A stretch of 64,000 nt of DNA, from NCBI RefSeq assembly GCF_902713615.1, contig NC_052175.1, forward strand, positions 9,961,271-10,025,270, given 5' to 3'. This document shows positions 47,201-58,500 of this stretch, piece after piece. The position numbers and the translations under genes were made by a program. The notes under the pieces are model-generated. The model was not told the DNA's origin. It made no database searches and saw nothing but the letters and a program-made list of their open reading frames with translations. This DNA comes from Scyliorhinus canicula (Eukaryota). Numbering within the stretch: position 1 is the first letter of the stretch; every line of letters begins with the position of its first letter.

Positions 47201-49626
47201 ATTAAGGTGTCCAAATTTCTGATGGAGCCTGCCCGTCTTCTAATTTTTAACCTCCTCTTCTCTCCAACACATGGTTTAAATTTATTACGGCCCGATAATC
47301 AGTTATGCAGTCGTAATTGATCCTGTGGTTCAACCGTCCGACACACTGTACTGACCAATGGCAGTTGAAGGCACGACAATATGACTGCAAATACGTTCGG
47401 TCCATCCCAGTCACTCAGGTATGGAGACACTGCACGGATCCCCGCTCTACCTGAGGTCCCCAAAATTAACTGGTGAATCACGCTCGGGTAGTGGTGTAAC
47501 GACCCCCGCCCTACCCGGGGATCCCACCCATTGCTCTCCTGCAGTGGCCCACATGCAGCCCACGTTCCACATCATGCTCTCTGGAATGGTTTACTACACC
47601 CTTTTAGAGCTTTGGGCAGGTCTTGATTCTTCCTCTCCGCCCCGACTCTAAACCCTACTTTCGGCCACTGTCCTTCCCGACCCCTTCGGTCACCTCCAAA
47701 TGCTATTTACAAGTAATAACACAACTGTTGCTGATCACTGTTCCTACCTCTAAGCCCCTCGGACGACACTCTATAAAACTGGCCGCCCTGAAATTCGGCT
47801 GCTTAAGCAAAGCCTCAACATCCTTGGTTGCTGGTAAAAATGGAGAATGGTCGAAGAAAGCATCTGCCCACTCATCGCATCGACCACAAAAGCTGTGAGA
47901 CACTTAAATACTTGAATTGAGGCATTTGGAATAGTACCTCTCAATTTTTAAAAACACAATGGGGGAGTCAAACATGGTGAGAATCATAAAGGGACATTGA
48001 AACTGAGAGAGAGAGACAAACACACAGAGATATTTACCAACGATTCTGACATGAAACTATGCTTGATTCCCTGGGATTACAGCGCAGGATGAACCCAGCC
48101 CCCATGATCGCCATTTGGATAAAAGCCACATTACCGCACTCCAAGCACAAGATACCCAAGACTTTCCACAGCCCAGCGGTCTGTGATTCCATTCCCCAAA
48201 AGCAGGGGCATGTGAGAGTGACACCCTATGAAGAACATAATCTTCATATTTCGGTGCAATAACCAACGGACAATTTACAGAAAGTCCAATGGGTCAACAC
48301 CAGAATCTTACATTAGAACAATCGGAACAGAAGACTGGAGGAAACGTACTAATGAATGGCGCCCCGAAATTGGATGTTTAAATAAAATTGCAGGGAACAC
48401 ACTAAAGGTAATTTGACAATACACACAATTATGACCTAAGCCAGCCCGAGCGACATCACCCAACAGACCACTTGCAGTCAGGATACTACACAACAACTGT
48501 TATAGATAGGGACCGAAACTCCAACCAGGTGGGAAAGCATTGTAAAATGGAACCCACTCTCATACATAACAGAGACCCACCGACTGATTGCAGTAATCTG
48601 TAGTGTAGCCCTCACATTCAAACTCTGTAAATGGAAGGCAATATCCTCCCGGCCCCCTATATACACATTTCGAGTCTCCCTCTTTGGAATCCAATTGAAC
48701 GCTCCTCAGAATGTACAACTTACAAAACTGTGATAACCGCTGCTAAGTCGACCTTTTATACCTCTGTCCCCATGAAATGTGATAAGACGAAACAATGTGG
48801 TTCTGCTCTTAAAGTTTTGTTGATTTTGTGTTATAGATAAGTTGTTCAGGCAAAACCAGTAGCATTGGTGTAGTTTTGAATGTTTAGTTGGAAACCAATT
48901 TGTTTTATATGTTAATTTCAGTAAAATGTTTTATATGGATCCGATTTGAGGAATGAAATAGCTATCAGTAGTGAATTGTTTTACTGAATGTATGTAATAT
49001 TAATGAATTAGGTAAACTTGTCTAATACATTTAGGACAGAGTTGAGTAGGACCTGAACTGACAGACCAGTGCTGGCTTGAGAAGGTAGACTGCGGGATCA
49101 AGTCTGTGATCCACCACGCTTCACGTTCAGGATCAAGAGGACTGACGGTAGCCATACAAAATGGTCGCCTGCAAAGGATCATGGGAATTGTGGTCAATTT
49201 GGAACACAGACAGGTATACAGCCTTTGTATATTGCGCAAAGAAACCAGACTTGGCTGAAACTTCTATCCAATAAGAGTCGATCACCATTCCCCACAGGAC
49301 AATAGAGTTTAGATCAAGGAGTTACAACAGTGGCAGACTAACCTTATTTGGAAAGGCCAACGTACCTGGGACAATCATAGCTATGTCCCGCCCAGCTATC
49401 GAAACATCCGCCCCCTAATTGCCCCCTAATTAGTTGAGATCGATGAGGGTGATCGAAAACCATATCTATCCATTGGACCTGGAGTAAGGACCACCCAAAA
49501 CGGTGCGAAATAAACGAAAGATCAAATTCCCTGCGCACTAGAGATCTGTCTCATTTGGGACCGGCCTGTGAGTGACCAACTGCAGCAAAACAACCAAGTT
49601 CAAGAACCCGCGACCAAAGGATCGCG

Positions 49627-52165
49627 GGAGTTGTCTATAGACCTCCGAATAGTCCCAGAGATGTCGAGGAAAGGATTGCAAAGATGATTCTTGACAGGAG
49701 CGAGAGTAACAGGGTAGTTGTTATGGGGGACTTTAACTTTCCAAATATTGACTGGAAATACTATAGTTCGAGTACTATAGATGGGTCAGTTTTTGTGCAG
49801 TGTGTGCAGGAGGGTTTTCTGACACAGTATGTAGACAGACCAACAAGGGGCGAGGCCACATTGGATTTGGTACTGGGTAATGAACCCGGCCAGGTGTTAG
49901 ATTTAGATGTAGGTGAGCACTTTGGTGATAGTGATCACAACTCGGTTATGTTTACTTTAGCAATGGGCAGGGATAGGTATATACCGCAAGGCAAGAATTA
50001 TAGCTGGGGGAAAGGCAATTATGATGCTATTCGGCAAGATTTAGGAGGTATAGGATGGGGAAGGAAACTGCAGGGGATGGGTACAATCGAAATGTGGAGC
50101 TTTTTCAAGGAACAGCTACTGCGTGTCCTTGATAAGTATGTACCTGTCAGGCAGGGAGGAAGTTGTCGAGCAAGGGAGCCGTGGTTTACTAAGGAAGTTG
50201 AAGCACTTGTCAAGAGGAAGAAGAAGGCTTATGTTAGGATGAGACATGAAGGCTCAGTTAGGGCACTTGAGAGTTACAAGTTAGCCAGGAAGGACCTAAA
50301 GGGAGAGTTAAGAAGAGCGAGGAGAGGACACGAAAAGTCGTTGGCGAATAGGATCAAGGAAAACCCTAAGGCTTTCTATAGGTATATCAGGAACAAAAGA
50401 ATGACTCGAGTAAGATTAGGGCCAATCAAGGATAGTAGTGGAAAGTTGTGTGTGGAATCAGAGGAGATAGGGGAAGCATTAAATGGATATTTTTCATCAG
50501 TGTTTACACTGGAGAAAGACAATGTTGTCGAGGAGAACACTCAGGTTCAGTCGACCAGGCTAGATGGAATTGAGGTTCAAAAGGAGGAGGTGTTAGCAAT
50601 TTTAGAAAATGTCAAAATAGATAAGTCCCCTGGGCCAGATGGGATTTATCCTAGGATTCTCTGGGAAGCCAGGGAGGAGATTGCAGAGCCTTTGTCCTTG
50701 ATATTTATGTCGTCTTTGTCGACAGGAATAGTGCCGGAAGACTGGAGGATAGCAAATGTTGTTCCCTTGTTCAAGAAGGGGAGTAGAGACAACCCTGGTA
50801 ATTATAGACCTGTGAGCCTTACTTCGGTTGTGGGTAAAATGTTGGAAAAGGTTATAAGAGATAGGGTTTATAATCATCTTGAAAAGAACAAGTTGATTAG
50901 CGATACTCAACACGGTTTTGTGAAGGGTAGGTCATGTCTCGCAAACCTTATTGAGTTTTTTGAGAAGGTGACCAAACAGGTGGATCAGGGTAAAGCTGTT
51001 GATGTGGTGTATATGGATTTCAGTAAGGCGTTTGATAAGGTTCCCCACGGTAGGCTATTGCAGAAAATAAGGAAGTATGGAATTGAAGGTGATTTAGCGG
51101 TTTGGATCAGTAATTGGCTAGCTGAAAGAAGACAGAGGGTGGTGGTTGATGGCAAATGTTCATCCTGGAGTTCAGTTACTAGTGGTGTACCGCAAGGATC
51201 TGTTTTGGGGCCACTGCTGTTTGTCATTTTTATAAATGACCTGGAAGAGGGTGTAGAAGGATGGGTTAGTAAATTTGCAGATGACACGAAGGTCGGTGGA
51301 GTTGTGGATAGTGCTGAAGGATGTTATAGGATACAGAGGGACATAGATAAGCTGCAGAGCTGGGCTGAGAGGTGGCAGATGGAGTTTAATGCGGAAAAGT
51401 GTGAGGTGGTTCACTTTGGAAGGAGTAACAGGAATGCAGAGTACTGGGCTAATGGCAAGATTCTTGGTAGTGTAGATGAACAGAGAGATCTCGGCATCCA
51501 GGTACATAAATCCTTGAAAGTTGCCACCCAGGTTAATAGGGCTGTTAAGAAGGCATATGGTGTGCTAGCCTTTATAAGCAGGGGGATTGAGTTTCGGAAC
51601 CACAGGGTCATGCTGCAGCTGTACATAACTCTGGTGCGGCCACACCTGGAGTACTGCGTGCAGTTCTGGTCACCACATTATAGGAAGGATGTGGAAGCTT
51701 TGGAAAGGGTTCAGAGGAGATTTACTAGGATGTTGCCTGGTATGGAGGGAAGGTCTTACGAGGAAAGGCTCAGGGAATTGAGGTTGTTTTCGTTAGAGAG
51801 GAGAAGGCTGAGAGGTGACTTAATAGAGACATATAAGATAGTCAGAGGGTTAGATAGGGTGGACAGTGAGAGTCTTTTTCCTCGGATGGTGATGACCAAC
51901 ACGAGGGGACATAGCTTTAAATTGAGGGGTGAGAGATATAGGACAGATGTCAGAGGCAGTTTCTTTACTCAGAGAGTAGTAGGGGTGTGGAACGCCCTGC
52001 CTGCAACAGTAGTAGACTCGCCAACTTTAAGGGCATTTAAGTGGTCACTGGATAGACATATGGATGAAAATGGAATAGTGTAGGTCAGATAGGCTTCAGA
52101 TGGTTTCACAGGTCGGCGCAACATCGAGGGCCGAAGGGCCCGTACTGCGCTGTAGTGTTCTATGT
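49627..52165 (+). mobile_element. Young 5'-truncated CR1 LINE inserted in the ERV's LTR-like 3' end
   Basis: Starts in the endonuclease (GVVYRPPN), has one uninterrupted ORF to 52083, then a short 3' UTR ending GTAGTGTTCTATGT. Confidence 0.95.
49684..52083 (+). CDS. CR1 ORF2 (partial AP endonuclease plus complete reverse transcriptase), 799 aa without stops
   Basis: MGDFNFP, SDH, DKSPGPDG, NYRPVSLTS, DFSKAFDKVPH, SGVPQGSVLGPLLF, FADDTK, RPHLEYC. Confidence 0.93.
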   Translation: MILDRSESNRVVVMGDFNFPNIDWKYYSSSTIDGSVFVQCVQEGFLTQYVDRPTRGEATLDLVLGNEPGQVLDLDVGEHFGDSDHNSVMFTLAMGRDRYIPQGKNYSWGKGNYDAIRQDLGGIGWGRKLQGMGTIEMWSFFKEQLLRVLDKYVPVRQGGSCRAREPWFTKEVEALVKRKKKAYVRMRHEGSVRALESYKLARKDLKGELRRARRGHEKSLANRIKENPKAFYRYIRNKRMTRVRLGPIKDSSGKLCVESEEIGEALNGYFSSVFTLEKDNVVEENTQVQSTRLDGIEVQKEEVLAILENVKIDKSPGPDGIYPRILWEAREEIAEPLSLIFMSSLSTGIVPEDWRIANVVPLFKKGSRDNPGNYRPVSLTSVVGKMLEKVIRDRVYNHLEKNKLISDTQHGFVKGRSCLANLIEFFEKVTKQVDQGKAVDVVYMDFSKAFDKVPHGRLLQKIRKYGIEGDLAVWISNWLAERRQRVVVDGKCSSWSSVTSGVPQGSVLGPLLFVIFINDLEEGVEGWVSKFADDTKVGGVVDSAEGCYRIQRDIDKLQSWAERWQMEFNAEKCEVVHFGRSNRNAEYWANGKILGSVDEQRDLGIQVHKSLKVATQVNRAVKKAYGVLAFISRGIEFRNHRVMLQLYITLVRPHLEYCVQFWSPHYRKDVEALERVQRRFTRMLPGMEGRSYEERLRELRLFSLERRRLRGDLIETYKIVRGLDRVDSESLFPRMVMTNTRGHSFKLRGERYRTDVRGSFFTQRVVGVWNALPATVVDSPTLRAFKWSLDRHMDENGIV

Positions 52166-52479
52166 AACCCTGAAGGATCAGCCCAGCTGAGACGAACCCA
52201 ACCACTCCCAAACCGATCACGTGGACCCGTATCAAGGCCTTATCTCACACAGTGCTGGTCACTCGAAGTTCAGTTAAGATCATCTTCGTCGTTAGGTGTA
52301 GTTTAGTACGGAGCCGCGTGTGTTATTGCACAGAGATACAAGTCATGTGTTATTAATAAAATGTGTTTTTAAGCTAACATATTGGTTGCGTGGTCATTTG
52401 GTCGCTATAAGAAACACCTTGTGGTTTACCCGAAAGTCAAGAAACAGCTTGTGGTGCACCCCATTGCCGACCAGTGGTG

Positions 52480-54545
52480 TTTGTGTGATTTTCCAATGGA
52501 TGATCAGCTGGGTCTGTGATTGCCCCATAACCGACAGCTGGTACTGATTGATTTCCCCGTTTCTGTTTCAGATGGCTCTGTGTAATTCCCACCCATAGCC
52601 AATCAGCTGGGTCAGACGATTCGTCCCAACATCCGGTAAGCTGTTTGGGAGGCACGGTGGCACAGCGGTTAGCACTGCTGCCTCACAGCTCCAGGAAGCA
52701 GTTTTCAATTCCGCTGACTGTGTGGAGTTTGCACATTCTCCCGTGTCTGCGCCGGTTTCCTCCGGGTGCTCAGGTTTCCTCCCACTGTCCAAAAATGTGC
52801 AGGTCAGGTGGATTGACCCTTAGTGTCCTAAGGTTTAGGTGTGGTTACTGGTTTATGGCCATACAGTGGAGGTGTGTCTTTAACTCGGTGCTTTGAAGGG
52901 CCGATGTCGACTCGAATGGTCAAATGGCCTCCTCCTACACTGTCTAGTTCTATAATTGTATGAGGAACTGGGTTGTGTGATTCCCCACACGCTGATGAAC
53001 CGGGTCTCTGTGATTTCCGCCATAGTGGTTCAACTGAGTCTGCCTGGTTCCCCTAGTAGACGATCAGCTGGGTCTGTTTCTTTCCCGCCACGTTGGGATT
53101 TCCCTCCTTGACGATCAGCTGAGTCTGTTTGCTCCTCTCCCCCCCCCTCCCCCCCTCCCCACCCCCGCCCGGGATCCCCCTAGTAGACAATGAGCTGGGT
53201 CTGTTGTTGCCACCCCGCCCGGGATTCCCGTAGTTGACGATAAGCCGGGTCTGTTTGTTTCCATCCCATTGTCAATCAGCAGTGCCTGTGTGATTTCCTC
53301 CTCAGCCGATGAGATACGGTACTGTGAATCCCCCGCAGCCAATTATCTCGGTCTGCGACATCTCCCCGCCCCAAAGCAAGTGATCTGGAATGTATGATTC
53401 ATAGAATTTACAGGGCAGCAGGAGGCCATTCAGACCATCGAGTCTGCACCGGCACTTGGAAAGAGCACCCGACGCAAGCCCATACCTCCACCCTACCCAA
53501 TAACCCAGTAACCCCACTCAACATTAAGGGACATTTGGACCCTAAGGGCAATTTAGTATGGCCAATCCACCTAACCTGCACGTCTTTGGACTGTGGAAGG
53601 AAACCAGAGCACCCGGAGGAAACCCACGCACACACGGGGAGAATGTGCAGACTCCACACAGACAGTGGCCGAAGCCGGGATTCCTCCCACAGAAGATCAG
53701 ATCGGCCTGAGAGATTCCCCCCGAGCCGGTCAGTTGGTTCTGTGTGATCTCCCATGATTGAGCAACAGGTTCCATGTGATTCCCGCCATGGAAGATGAGC
53801 GGTTCTGACATTACCCACATGGCCGATCAGCTGGGTCTGTGGTTCACCCATGGCCGATTATGTGGTCTGTGCGATTCACCCACCTCTTATCAGCTGTGTC
53901 TCTGTGATTTCCCCCAAAGCCAAGAAGCTCAGTCTGTGTGATTCACCCATCGCTGATCAATTGGGTGTGCATGATTGAACTATGGCTGATGGGCTGTGTG
54001 CTTGACTCCCGCGATACCTGATCACCTGCGTCTGTGATTTCTCTCCCATGGCCGTTCAGCTGGGTCAGTGCTTCCCGCATGGCTGATCAGCTGGGTCAGC
54101 GATTCCTCCATGGCCCATCACCTGGGTCTAAGTGATTCGTCCATGGTCGAACATCTCATCTGTGTGATTCACCCATGGCCGCTCAGCTGGGTCTGAGACA
54201 TTCCACGTTCATGGCCGATCAACTGGGTATGTTATATTCCCCCATGGCCGATCAGCTTGATTGAGTAATTTTCGCATCGCTGTTTAGCGAGGAGTGTGTA
54301 AGTCCCCTTGGCCAATTGAGCTTGGTTTGTGTGACTACCCCACTGCTAATGGGCTGGATGTGAGTCATTACCCCGTGGCTGATCAGCTGGGTCTGTGTGC
54401 CTCCCCTGGAGCCCATCAGCTGAGGCTTTGTGAAACTCCCATGGCCTATCAGCTGGGTGTGTGTGTGACTCCTCCATAGACGATCAGCTGAGTATGTGTG
54501 ACTACCCAATGGCCGATCAGCTGGATGTGTGTCACTCCCCCATCC
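52480..54545 (+). repeat. Degenerate approximately 32-bp minisatellite (CCCATGGCCGATCAGCTGGGTCTGTGTGATT), interrupted by SINEs at about 52648-52950 (+) and 53395-53690 (-)
   Basis: Recurring GATCAGCTGGGTC cores over about 2 kb. Confidence 0.75.
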
Positions 54546-54704
54546 TCCCATAAGTCCGGAAATAATTTGGTTATTTGGGCATTCTGAATACTACCTCACT
54601 GGACCGGATCAGGTGCCGGAATTGTAGACTAGGGGATGTTCACAGTATCTTCATTGCAGTGTAATGCAAGCCGTCTTCAGACACTAATATAGGTTATTAA
54701 ATGA

Positions 54705-55140
54705 AATCATGGACTCCATCTACACTCCCCGCTGCCGGAGGAAAGCGGGCAGCATAATCAAGGATCCCTCGCACCCGGCTTACTCACTTTTCCAACTTCT
54801 TCCATCGGGCAGTAGATACAGAAGTCTGAGAACGCGTACGAACAGACTCAAAAACAACTTCTTCCCCACTGTCACCAGACTCCCAAATGACCCACTTATT
54901 GACTAACCTGATTAACACTTCACCTGTCTGCTTCAACCGATGCCAATGCTTATGGAGTTACATTGTATATCTTGTGTTGCCCTATTATGTATTCTCATAT
55001 ATTTTCTTGTATTTTCTTGAATTTTGTTTCATTCCCTTTTCTTCCATGTACTGAATGATCTGTTGAGTTGCTTGCAGAAAAATACTTTTCACTGTACCTC
55101 GGTACACGTGACAATAAACAAATTCAATCCAATCCAAATA
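54705..55140 (+). mobile_element. Rex1/Babar-type LINE 3' end
   Basis: IYTPRCRRKAGSIIKDPSHP...LLPSGSRYRSLRTRTNRLKNNFFP is the Rex1/Babar ORF C-terminus; AATAAA and short-repeat tail follow. Confidence 0.75.
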
Positions 55141-55299
55141 AAACGATTCAGGAATCTTTACATTGGTGTAATTACCTTGGGAATTCTTCAGACTCCCTCG
55201 GCATGTATGATCAATTTTGAATCTATGTCGTCAATCTTACAATTCTATTGAAGCAGCTTAGATTGTAAATGTTCAGTGTAGCCAAATAAGTTACATTGA

Positions 55300-55417
55300 A
55301 CATATAACAGTACAGCACAGAACAGGCACTTCGGCCCTCAATGTTGTGCCGAGCCATGATCACCCTTATCAAACCCACGTATCCACCCTATACCCGTAAC
55401 CCAACAACACCCTTGAC
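55300..55417 (-). mobile_element. V-SINE 3' part cut by the gap
   Basis: Reverse complement of the SINE tail. Confidence 0.8.
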
Positions 55418-55517
55418 NNNNNNNNNNNNNNNNNNNNNNNNNNNNNNNNNNNNNNNNNNNNNNNNNNNNNNNNNNNNNNNNNNNNNNNNNNNNNNNNNNN
55501 NNNNNNNNNNNNNNNNN
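55418..55517. other. Assembly gap (100 N)
   Basis: Run of N at the satellite boundary. Confidence 1.
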
Positions 55518-58500
55518 CTGTGTTTCAGTAATAACAGTGAATGTAATGATTCTCATCCTGTTTCACAGTAATAACAATGAGTGTAATAATTCTCATCCTG
55601 TGTTACTGTAATAACAGTGAGTGTAACAATTCTCTTCCTGTGTTACAGTAATAACAGTGAGTGTAACAATTCTCATCCTGTGTTACAGTAATAACCGTGA
55701 GTGTAACAATTCCAAACCTGTGTTACAGTAATAACAGTGAGTGTAACAATTCTCATCCTCTGTTACAGTAATTACAGTGATGTGGAGATGCCGGCGTTGG
55801 ACTGGGGTGAGCACAGTAAGAAGTCTTACAACACCAGGTTAAAGTCCAACAGGTTTGTTTCAAACACCTGTTGCAATAATAACAGTGAGCGTAACAATTT
55901 CAAACCTGTGTTACAGTAATGAAAGTGAGTGTAACAATTCTCATCCTCTGTTACAGTAATAACAGTGAGTGTAATCTTCTCATCCTCTGTTACAGAAATA
56001 ACAGTGAGTGTGACGATCCTCATCCTGTGTTACAGTAATAAAAGTGAGTCTAACAATTCTCATCCTCTGTTACAGTAATAACAGTGAGTGTAACAATTCT
56101 CATTCTGTGTTACAGTAAGAACAGTGAGTGTAAATTTCTCATCCTGTGTTACAGTAATAACAGTGAGTGTAATAGTTCTCATCCTGTGTTACAGTAATAA
56201 CAGTGAATGTAACAATTCTCATCCTGTGTTACGGCAATAACAGTGAGCGTAGCAATTCCCAAACTGTGTTAGAGTGAGTGTAACAATTCTCATCATCTGT
56301 TACAGTAACAAAAGTGGGTGTGACGCCACTCATCCAGTGTTACAGTAATAACAGTGAGTGTAACACTTCTCATCCTGTGACACAGGAATAACTCTGAGTG
56401 CAACAATTCTCATCCTGTGTTACAGTAATAACAGCGAGTGTAACAATTCTCATCCTGTGTTACAGTAATAACAGTGAGTGTAATAATTCTCATCCTGTGT
56501 TACAGTAATAACAGTGAGTGTAACAATTCTCATCTTGTGTTTCAGTAATAACAGTGAGTGTAAAAATTCTCATCCTATGTTACAGTAATTACAGTGAATG
56601 TAATAAGTCTCATCCTGTGTTACAGTAATAACAATGAGTGTAACATTTCTCATCCTGTGTTGCAGTAATAACAGTGAGCGTAACAATTCCAAAACTGTGT
56701 TACAGTAATAAAAGTGAATGTAACAATTCTCTTCCTCTGTTTCAGTAATAACAGTGAGTGTAAACTTCTCATCCTGTGTTACAGTAATAACAGTGAGTGT
56801 AACAATTCTCATCCTGTGTTACAGTAATAACAGTGAGTGTAACAATTCTCATCCTCTGTTGCAATAATAACAGTGAGTGTAAACTTCTCATCCTCTGTTA
56901 CAGTAATTACAGTGAGTGTGACGCTACCCATCCTGTGTTACAGTAATAACAGTGAGTGTAACACTTCTAATCCTGTGACACAGGAATAACTCTGAGTGTA
57001 ATAATTCTCATCCTGTGTTACAGTAATAACAGCGAGTGTAACAATTCTCATCCTGTGTTTCAGTAATAACAGTGAATGTAATGATTCTCATCCTGTTTCA
57101 CAGTAATAACAATGAGTGTAACAATTCTCATCCTGTGTTACAGTTATAACAGTGAGTGTAACAATTCTCATCCTGTGTTACAGTAATAACAGCGAGTGTA
57201 ACAATTCTCATCCTGTATTACAGTAATAACAGTGAGTGTAACAATTCTCATCCTGTGTTACAGTAATAACAGTGAGTGTAAACTTCTCATCCTGTGTTAC
57301 AGTAATTACAGTGAGTGTAATAATTCTCATCCTGTGTTACAGTAATAACAGTGAGTTTAACAATTCTCATCCTGTGCGACAGTAATAACATTGAGCGTAA
57401 CAATTCCAAACCTGTGTTACAGTAATAAAAGTGAGTGTAACAATTCTCATCCTCTGTTACAGTAATAACAATGAGTGTAAACTTCTCATCCTCTTTTACA
57501 GTAATAACAGTGAGTGTGACGATCCTCATCCTGTGATACAGTAATAACAGTGAGTGTAACACTTCTCATCCTATGACACTGGAATAAATCTGAGTGTAAC
57601 AATTCTCATCATGTGATACAGTAATAACAGTGAGTGTAACAATTCTCATCCTGTGTTACAGTAATAACAGTGAGTGTAACAATTCTCATCCAGTGTTTCA
57701 GGAAGAACAGTGAGTGTAAATTTCTCATCCTGTGTTACAGTAATAACAGTGAGTGTAATAGTTCTTATCCTGTGTTACAGTAATAACAGTGAGTGTAACA
57801 ATTCTCATCCTCTGTTACAGTAATAACAGTGAGTGTAACAATTCTCATCCTGTGTTACTGTAATAACAGTGAGTGTAATCTTCTCATCCTGTGTTACTTT
57901 AATAACAGTGAGTGTAATATTTGTCATCCTGTGTTACAGTAATAATAGTGACTGTAACAATTCACATCATGTGTTACAGTAATAACAGTGAGAGTAGCAA
58001 TTCTCTTCCTTGTGTTACGGTAATAACAGTGCGCGTAGCAATTCCCAACCTGTGTTACAGTAAATAAAGTGAATGTAACATTTCTCATCCTGTGTTACAG
58101 TAAAAACAGTGAGCGTCACAATTCCCAACCTGTGCTTCAGTAATTACAGTGAGTGTAACACTTCTCATCCTCTGTTGCAATAATAACAGTGAGTGTAAAC
58201 TTCTCATCCTCTGTTACAGTAATAACAGTGTGTGACGGTACCCATCATGTGTTACAGTAATAACAGTGAGTGTAACACTTCAAATCCTGTGACACAGGAA
58301 TAACAATGAGTGTAATAATTCTCAACCTGTGTTACAGTAATTACAGTAATGTAACAATTCTCATCCTGTGTTACAGTAATAACAGTGAGTGTAACAATTC
58401 TCATCCTGTGTTACATTAATAACAGTGAGTGTAACAATTCTCATCCTGTGTTACAGTAATTACCGTGAGTGTAACAATTCCAAACCTGTGTTACAGTAAT

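Larger units (their letters stand above)
39410..52448 (+). mobile_element. Degraded endogenous retrovirus-like element (gag, RNase H, integrase, env-position region, 3' LTR) split by two CR1 insertions
   Basis: gag remnant CRQKRG*HPTAFAGR (about 40100); CCHC knuckle CFTCEQVGHFARYC 44489-44530; ILTDHTP tether 44650; RNase H VDGS 44950 and DSVYV...W..RGF; integrase PWKNLQIEYIGP, SDQGSNFT, VERLNHTLK 45830-46165; AATAAA at about 52355 in the LTR-like end. The env and LTR calls are positional. Confidence 0.8.
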
